DNA from: Candidatus Zixiibacteriota bacterium
GTDB lineage: Bacteria > Zixibacteria > MSB-5A5 > GN15 > JAAZOE01
Reading direction: 5' to 3'
Assembly (NCBI GenBank): GCA_043819555.1
Contig: JBDREQ010000070.1
Location: 1-36,274 of the forward strand
Length of the DNA: 36,274 nucleotides
This document shows, one piece after another, positions 29,407 to 36,274 of this stretch. Numbering within the stretch: position 1 is the stretch's first letter; every line of letters starts with the position of its first letter. The notes under the pieces are model-generated. The model searched no databases and was not told where the DNA came from. It was given only the letters and a program-made list of their open reading frames with translations. Position numbers and translations under genes: made by a program.

Positions 29407-30361
29407 AACGCTCTCTCCAATTCATTCTCTACCCAACTGTGCATTTTGCGAACCGTGTTGTATGCGGCATCATCGCCTTTTACAAATCTGTCAATTTGCA
29501 GACGTTTAAGAAGCGCCAAGGCCTTATTATCTTCGTGCAATGTAAGGATGGCGTACGCAGCTGTTTCTTAAGCTCACCGGGCAAATCCGGGTGCACCACA
29601 ACAGGAGGCATGGCATAAGGCGGCGACTTATCAACGATACGCGTACACTCTGTCAATTCCGGTTCAATGGCGTTTATAAAATCCCAAACAAGGGCATTAA
29701 CGGCCGCGCCATCAGCCAAACCCTCGGCAACGGCTCGGATCGAGTTGTCGTGACTATGAGTGTAAAACGTTTCGCCAAAAAACGATTCGGGGATTTTACC
29801 ATGTTTGGAGAGCATGTAGGTCGGCGCCAAAAAACCGGTATTGGAATTTGGATCGGTGAAGGCGAAACGCTTGCCACGCAAATCATCGAAAGATTGAATC
29901 TCGCTATCGCGGTGGGCCAGAATATAAGAATGATATACCGTTTGTCCACGCACGACTGGCGCAGCAATTATTTCCATACCGAATTCATCATGTCCTTTTG
30001 TGTAAGGTCCTGAGCATACAAAGGCGATGTCCGCCTCTTTGTTTGCCACCAGAGCATTAACTTCAGCGTAGGTCCGTCGTTGGGAGAAGATCGCCCTTCG
30101 GCCAAGTTTATCGGCCAGTAATTCGATCAGTTCCTCATAATAGTCGCGGGTCGTTTCGGGCGAGATCATCGCCCCGATCGCCACGCGCAATGCAGGCCGC
30201 GTATCGGGATGTGAACTGACCGAGTCGTCCGCCTGGACTCTGTCATTCATATCAACGGTCTGCAATTTCTCGCCGCAACCCATCATTACCAGTATCAATC
30301 CCATGATCAACATTGACAGATAATACCTGAATGTCGTTTTACCGGAGAACTTAAATGTCAT
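29403..30361 (-). pseudogene. PhnD/AioX-family periplasmic binding lipoprotein with a frameshift at about 29553
   Basis: Lipobox 'MMG-C'; 'QRRTYAE', 'FVCSGPY', 'FTDPNSNTG', 'SHDNSI'; family-like C-terminus continues in another frame to a TGA overlapping the kinase GTG. Confidence 0.8.
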
Positions 30362-30479
30362 GCGATAATCCCCTTGGCCATCGAAATCAGTATAAAACTT
30401 GAAATTGGTAGATCGATACCCCCATGCTCTTTTTTTGCCCCCTAATCACAAACAATTTACCAGATTGCAACCTCTCTAT

Positions 30480-30506
30480 ATATCGGCATTCCGCACAGGT
30501 TATTTA
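30480..30506 (-). promoter_or_regulatory. Sigma-28 (FliA/WhiG)-like promoter
   Basis: TAAA-N15-GCCGATAT about 120 nt upstream of the binding protein-kinase pair. Confidence 0.6.
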
Positions 30507-30691
30507 TGTTTAATCTTTATTATCCGGACTCAAACATAAATCGTTTATTTTGTTGAAATATCTACTGTTACGCAGACGGGAAGTATTCCTAGAAGGCCGG
30601 AATTTTGTTGAATTATGTCATGGCTGCGACAGGCATGACATTTTTTCAAATTCCATTTATTGTCTGAGGGAAAAAACTAAAAATGTCTTAA

Positions 30692-31657
30692 TTAGATTGA
30701 TGATTCAAACTCATCCTTGTACCGTTTCTGCTCCTTCAGGCTGTTTCGTTCCCAAAACACTCCATCAGTATAGCCTTGAATCCTAGTATCTTTTTCGGCG
30801 AGATTTAATCGTTTTGCGGCCCAACAGCAGTAATCGTGATTAAGCTCAATGCCGCAAAATCTCCGATTTAGTTTTTTCGCGACCACCGCTGTAGTGCCGC
30901 TTCCAAGAAACGGATCAAAAACAAAATCCCCCTCTCGGGAGCCTGCCAGAATTAATTTTGCCATCACCTTTTCAGGCTTTTGGGTGGGATGATCCGTGTT
31001 CTCCGGCATAGACCAGAAAGGAACCGAAATATCCGACCAGAAATTCGAGGGGTGTGTTAATCGATACTTTTTCCCTTCGCATTCCTCCCAATCCTTTGGC
31101 TGACCATCATCGGTCCGATACGGAGCTTTAACATTTCTTCTCAACTTAACCGCTTCGGCGTCGAAATAGTAATCGTTGCCGCAAGTGCAGTACCAAATAT
31201 CTTCGGTGTTATTTTTCCAATTTGATTTTGCACCCCGTCCCTTTTCCCGTTCCCATGTGATTCTATTGCGTATATGGAAATGCGTATCTAAAATGGGGAA
31301 TATCAGACTGGAAGTTTTCCATTCGCTGCATACATATACTGAAGCATCTGGTTTTAAAAACGGTTTGAGAGAACAAACAATTTCGGTAAACCACGATTTG
31401 TATTCCTCCGCCTGCTTTGATCTGAACAGATTGCCGTTATAGTTTTTGGTCAGGTTATATGGGGGATCGAGAATCAGCAAATCAACGAATTCAGCGGGAA
31501 GGAAAGCTCGAGCTTGAGCAAAATCCTGATGGATGATTTTATTCGTGATATATTCAATGTTAGCTGGAGTTGATAGATTGAGCAGCGATTTGCCATAATC
31601 GCGTGTCTCGCTTTTTGAACATGTAATGGTTCTATTTCGCAGGGCACGTTTTTTCAT
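30692..31657 (-). CDS. Orphan N4-C/N6-A DNA methyltransferase (beta class)
   Basis: Motif IV 'DPPYN' precedes 'HPTQKP' and motif I 'DPFLGSGTT'; no adjacent nuclease gene. Confidence 0.92.
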   Translation of the reverse strand: MKKRALRNRTITCSKSETRDYGKSLLNLSTPANIEYITNKIIHQDFAQARAFLPAEFVDLLILDPPYNLTKNYNGNLFRSKQAEEYKSWFTEIVCSLKPFLKPDASVYVCSEWKTSSLIFPILDTHFHIRNRITWEREKGRGAKSNWKNNTEDIWYCTCGNDYYFDAEAVKLRRNVKAPYRTDDGQPKDWEECEGKKYRLTHPSNFWSDISVPFWSMPENTDHPTQKPEKVMAKLILAGSREGDFVFDPFLGSGTTAVVAKKLNRRFCGIELNHDYCCWAAKRLNLAEKDTRIQGYTDGVFWERNSLKEQKRYKDEFESSI

Positions 31658-31903
31658 GAATCTCAAACTATATCTTTCAAATTGTTTTGAGTCTGCACTT
31701 TCGCGCCTAAAATTCTCAAGAATTAGCTCTCTAACATAGTCAAATGCCTGGTGAGACTGCAACAAATATATCTCAGGCTATTTTGGATTAAAATTACTGG
31801 CTCTTTTGATTATCCTGATATAACTATGGATTATCCGGGGGCAAAGATTGTCCGCCTGGATCATTCATGTGATTAGCTCTTTGTGAAATTTGTCCACGAA
31901 ATA

Positions 31904-34840
31904 TCAGGCCGTAAATTCTTTTACCGGACGGTCAAGCTCTTTTCTGATGGCGGCGGCCAGGATATCCTTTGTAATAGGTTTCTTGATAAAAGCGCCGACC
32001 CCCAGCTTCTGGGCTTCGAGAACTCGATCCGATCCCGAATACCCCGATAGAATGATCGCCTTCTGATGCGGATTAATCTTAAGAATTTGTCGGTATGTCT
32101 CGGTTCCGTCAATACCTCCCTGCATTACCATATCAAGGATCACCAGATCCTGCGGATTTTCGCGCAGGAATTCTATGGCTTTTTCGCCGCTCTCGACGGA
32201 ACTGCTCATATATCCAAGCCTTTTAAGCAAATGTGAAGATACGTCGCGCTGAATAGTATCATCGTCAACAATCAATATTTTCTCTGTACCACCGGCCACA
32301 GATCGGGTATCATTCCTGCCGACTATCTCTCGGGTAATGGGAAAGTAGAGATAGAACGAAGTGCCTTGACCAACTTTACTGTATATGTCAAGAAAACCGT
32401 TATGATCTTTCATAACAGCGTCAACCACACTCAAACCAAGCCCCGAACCCTGTTTTCTATCGGCCTCTTTTGTCGAGAAAAAGGGATCAAGTATTTTTTG
32501 GATAATATCATCCGAAATACCGCATCCTGTGTCTGAAATGGTCAGCTTGACATACTCCCCCATGGGAATGCGGCCAAACGCAACCGAAGTATCATTGGCA
32601 TAATAATTTTCTGTTTTGAAAATAATCTGTCCGGCATCCTGCATAGCATCCCGGGCATTTATCTGCAGATTGGTTAATGTTCGATGAATTTGAGCGCTTC
32701 CACCCTTTATTTTCATCAGATCAGGACAAAGCTCCATTACGCAGGTGACTGATTTAGTTTGCAGTTCAATTTCCTCAGCGACTTGCAGGACAACCTGGTT
32801 AAGGTCAATTACCTCCTGGGCATAATGTCCTCTTCTGCCCATTGTCAGCAAATCCTGATTTATATCCGCAATTTTCTCTGCTGCTTTTTCGATTGAATCA
32901 ATATATTTATGAACTTTGTTACCGGGTGGAAGTTGATTTCGAATAAACTCGGGGTATGCCATTAGAGGCGCCAAAAGATTATTAAAATCGTGTGCGACCT
33001 AGCCGGCAATTGTCCCGGCCAACTCGAGACGTTCAGCTCGTAATTCCAAATCCTGCAGTCTTTTGATTTCAGTGATGTTACTCCCGAAAATATATATTGA
33101 CTGCGTCGATTCATCTCTCTGGATATTAAACAGATAAATGTCATCTCCCAGCTTCTGTTCAAACTGTAATGGAGTGTTGCCAAAGGCTGGAGCGCTGAGT
33201 TTACCAACAGCGCCCGGGAGAACCGATTCAATGGATTCTCCTGTAACATCTCTGCCAAGCAAATTCTTTCCCTCGGGATTAATGAGAGTGATTTGGCCAT
33301 GCAAATCCGTTCTCAAAACTGGTGCAGGGTTATTCATTGCGAATGCTGCCAGCTGTTCTACCTTCTCTTCGGTCTGTTTGCGCTCAATTGCAAGAGCAAT
33401 ATGTTCGGACGCAAACGACATAATATTGAGATCCGCTTCGGAATAAGCTTCTGGATTGCTGTAGCTCTGCACCACTACCACGCCAATAATGCCATTTGGA
33501 GTTTTTAGCGGTACCCCTAACCAGATAGGTGATGGCAACCCAACTAAATCTACTTCGCCCTTACTCATCAGAATATTATGAGTCTGTTCATTTACTATAA
33601 TAGGCCTTTCTGTTCTTCGGACATAATCGGTAAGGCTTTTCTTGAGCTGCTTAGGTGTAAAATCAGTTTCATCGTATTGATCTACGCAATAAGGGAATGA
33701 ATATAGTTTTTTCTCCGCATCGTAGAGAGCGATGTAGAAATTAGTAGTATCAATCAATGATCCCAGCGTTTCATGAATAATTCTTAAAAGCTCCTGGAAA
33801 TTACTTGTTTGGTTAACCGATTCGGATATTTTATATAATGCCTTCTGCAATTTTTCCGCGTGCTTGTTCTCGGTGATATCGTCGATTAAACAAATGGAGC
33901 GGATAAAATTCCCCTGCTTATCTGTGATGGAAGATGAGTTTATATTGACATCTATGAGTCGGCCATCTTTTCGAATCATTTTATATTCTTTGTTACGAGT
34001 GATTCCTGTATTCGTTAATTCCGCCAGCGATTTATGCGCTTCGGCATGATAATCGGAGTGTATAATCTTACCCATATTTTGTCCGATTATTTCTTCACGC
34101 TTATATCCAAGTACCTCTTCTATTTTGTTATTGCAGTCAACAAGTATTCCTTCTGAATCCACGGACGTAATCAACTTGGATGCGGTTTCGAACATCAGGC
34201 GATATTTCTCTTCACTTGCTTTTAAGGCTTTTTCGGTTTCCATACGGCTGGTGACATCGCTGATAAATCCGAGAAACCTGTTCTCGTCAAGTTTTACAGC
34301 TTTGACTTTCCAATACCTTCGATCGCCATTTTTGATAACAACCAGTACCACGCCGGAGAATTTGCCAAATTTCACCATATTGGAAAAATGTTCTAGTCCC
34401 CTATTTTTTTCCTTCGGGGGAAAGAGCTGGACCAGATTTATCTTCAGAAGTTCTTTTTTGGAATAACCTGAAATTCTTGTGGAAGCATCGTTGACATCAA
34501 GGATTAAACCATTTTCATCCACCACTATTAATGCATAAGGTGACGAATCAGCATAGCTGCGAAACTTGCTTTCGCTTTTTAGCAGCGATTTTTCGGATTG
34601 TGCCAGGGTCAGCATAGCTTCCCGCAGCGGTCTCAAAAGTGAAAAGTATAAAACTGGCAAGCTACAAACCACGATCAAAGTGGCATCGAGAAATATGGTC
34701 TCCAATGTACCCATTTGAGGTAAAGCCGACAAGAGCATCATGATGAGGGCCTCCGTTGCAAAGACGCAAACTATGGTCACCACCAGAAGCCTAATTGGCG
34801 CGTAAAAATCGATGCGCATTCTTGGTTTTCCTAGCCCCAT
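31904..34840 (-). pseudogene. Hybrid sensor kinase (TM, PAS, PAS, GAF, PAS, HisKA, HATPase, REC) interrupted by an in-frame TAG at 32999-33001
   Basis: Reads 'LAGTIAG*VAHDFNNLLAPLMAYPEF' in a single frame; the paralog at 26932 has 'IAGQVAHDFNNLLAPL'. Confidence 0.88.
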
Positions 34841-35137
34841 ATTCTATTCGATCTCAAAACGCCATGTCCGTAGCAAATCGGATTGTACCATCAATTGTTG
34901 GCGATCCCCAGGGCCAGTTCAAAAAACTGAGCGCCAAAATATTTCAGATATTGATACCCCCGTTGTTTTTATCGTCATAATGGAGGGAAATATTAACAGC
35001 GGTGAACAATATTTAAGGCTTTGTACGGTAAGATATTACAATGTAGGATGGCAAACACAGCCCCCCTGCCTTGATCTCAAATAACTATTGTCTGTTCATG
35101 GTTTTGGAAGCAATAATCTATTTCAAAATAAATGCCC

Positions 35138-36007
35138 CTACGCCTGAGCTGTGAGAGGGAAAATGAATTTAGTATTTTCCAGAGAAAAATTGCCCAGAAT
35201 ATGTGTTCCGTTTTCTCTGACTTTAACCCAGTCAATATTCTCCGGTTTCATTTTGTCGACCATAAAGAGAAACTCGACGGCGACATCTTTCCTGTCACGG
35301 ATGTGTGGGTATATCTTTTCAAAAGTGGGGATTTCTTCGCCCACAATATCAAATATTGTTACCAGGCCATTTTCGCGCTTATACAAGACCAAGACATCCA
35401 ATTCAGGAATGTAATAAATATCATCCCTGAGAGCATAAAGGCACCAAAACATAAACAGTTTTTTATTCGATACGCCCAGAACATTAGATACCGGTTCTCT
35501 AACGGATGCAATGCGGTATATCCGCTCAAGGTGATCTTTATTTTGAACATCCAATTTGACGGAACCAGGATGAGCAACATTCCCCGAAACGGAAATTCGC
35601 GGTTTATACTCGTCCACGAGGCGAAAGCCACAATTTTTGTAAAAAGGATATGCATCTTTATCAGCAAACAGGTAGAAAAAATCATGGCGGTCCCGCGCCC
35701 AGTCCATTGCCTTTTGAGTTAATTGAGAACTTAAACCTTTTTTGCGATGCCCGGGAAGAGTTCCTACCGCTGAGATTTGAGCGACCTGGCATGGCTTTCC
35801 CCTGATGGTCATTTCCATAGAATAAACGCAGACGCTGGAAACAATCGAGTTGCCATCGAAATATGAAAATGGCCTGTATCTCTGATCCCAGAATCCCATT
35901 TTGTCCCACAGTGATAAATCAAGTCCGAATATCTGTACCAGATAATTCATAAACTCTTTTTTTAATTTCGGGGAATCGCAATAATTTTCTCTAAACGAAA
36001 GATCCAT
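35138..36007 (-). CDS. GNAT-family N-acetyltransferase
   Basis: Acetyl-CoA motif 'VGTLPGHRKKGLS', 'FYKNCGF'. Confidence 0.88.
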   Translation of the reverse strand: MDLSFRENYCDSPKLKKEFMNYLVQIFGLDLSLWDKMGFWDQRYRPFSYFDGNSIVSSVCVYSMEMTIRGKPCQVAQISAVGTLPGHRKKGLSSQLTQKAMDWARDRHDFFYLFADKDAYPFYKNCGFRLVDEYKPRISVSGNVAHPGSVKLDVQNKDHLERIYRIASVREPVSNVLGVSNKKLFMFWCLYALRDDIYYIPELDVLVLYKRENGLVTIFDIVGEEIPTFEKIYPHIRDRKDVAVEFLFMVDKMKPENIDWVKVRENGTHILGNFSLENTKFIFPLTAQA

Positions 36008-36127
36008 AATTTAATTCACGCATCAATTTAGATGTTTGCAATAGCAGAATGATAATTCTGAATTCTCTGCGTATCCACATTGGAGAATAATGTATTCTTT
36101 ATCTCCATGCAAGTTCCATTCCAATAA

Positions 36128-36274
36128 TCAGCCGGAGGTGGATTCACATTTGAAGTGCAACAGTTTATCTCCAAATAACTCAGCTGGGGTTCGAAAGTCC
36201 AGACATTTCCTTGGAGTGTTATTATAAGCGCAAATGAGTTTGAAGAAGCGATCATCAGTAAGTGTAGCCAAATC
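36128..36274 (-). CDS. C-terminus of an IS30-family transposase (gene runs off the window)
   Basis: Frame absent from the ORF track: DLATLTDDRFFKLICAYNNTPRKCLDFRTPAELFGDKLLHFKCESTSG*, with the IS30-type 'N.PRKCL.F.TP.E.F' motif. Confidence 0.85.
   Translation of the reverse strand, partial: DLATLTDDRFFKLICAYNNTPRKCLDFRTPAELFGDKLLHFKCESTSG
36137..36162 (+). repeat. Probable IS30 right terminal inverted repeat GGTGGATTCACATTTGAAGTGCAACA
   Basis: Overlaps the transposase 3' end as in IS30 elements; the partner IR is outside the window. Confidence 0.6.

Noticed and set aside
32999..33001. Genome-wide TAG recoding (Gln or pyrrolysine)
   Set aside because: meaB, clpP and clpX end at TAG at their expected lengths, and no pyl genes are in the window
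7196..35909. Numerous short antisense or overlapping ORFs within housekeeping genes
   Set aside because: Shadow frames of well-supported genes with no independent evidence
36028..36255. 75-aa minus-strand ORF
   Set aside because: Alternative frame of the IS30 transposase end spanning the IS boundary
1..36274. CRISPR array, rRNA or prophage structural genes
   Set aside because: No regularly spaced repeats or recognisable genes of these types seen

Overview
Bacterial chromosomal window. The style of the Ser/Thr-kinase remnant and the gene content suggest an anaerobe such as Zixibacteria, but that is inference only. Left end (1-6.6 kb): an AT-richer accessory region just downstream of tRNA-Asn. 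It holds a large Zn-ribbon/RDD/TPR/TM/beta-rich fusion gene, a lipoprotein, a kinase remnant and a complete IS110-family (IS1111-type) element. The element's 3' non-coding end encodes a readable bridge/seek RNA whose four guide segments match its own reconstructed target and donor junction. The target is an 11-bp tandem repeat resembling an integrase arm site. Middle: a methylmalonyl-CoA mutase that appears to be a small+large subunit fusion, meaB, tRNA-Leu, tig-clpP-clpX, a DUF3147-like protein, a GT-C glycosyltransferase, fumC, an isochorismatase-family hydrolase and a TPR/HD-GYP protein. These are followed by a Moco/Tuco-type riboswitch with terminator ahead of mobA-mobB-moaA-moaC-MOSC-mogA/moaB-moeA, with no moaD/E. 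Right end: an AioX/PhnD-like binding protein (frameshifted) coupled to a hybrid kinase, an orphan DNA methyltransferase, a second hybrid kinase split by an in-frame TAG, a GNAT, and the 3' end of an IS30 element that the ORF track missed. Two sigma-28-like promoters precede signalling genes.
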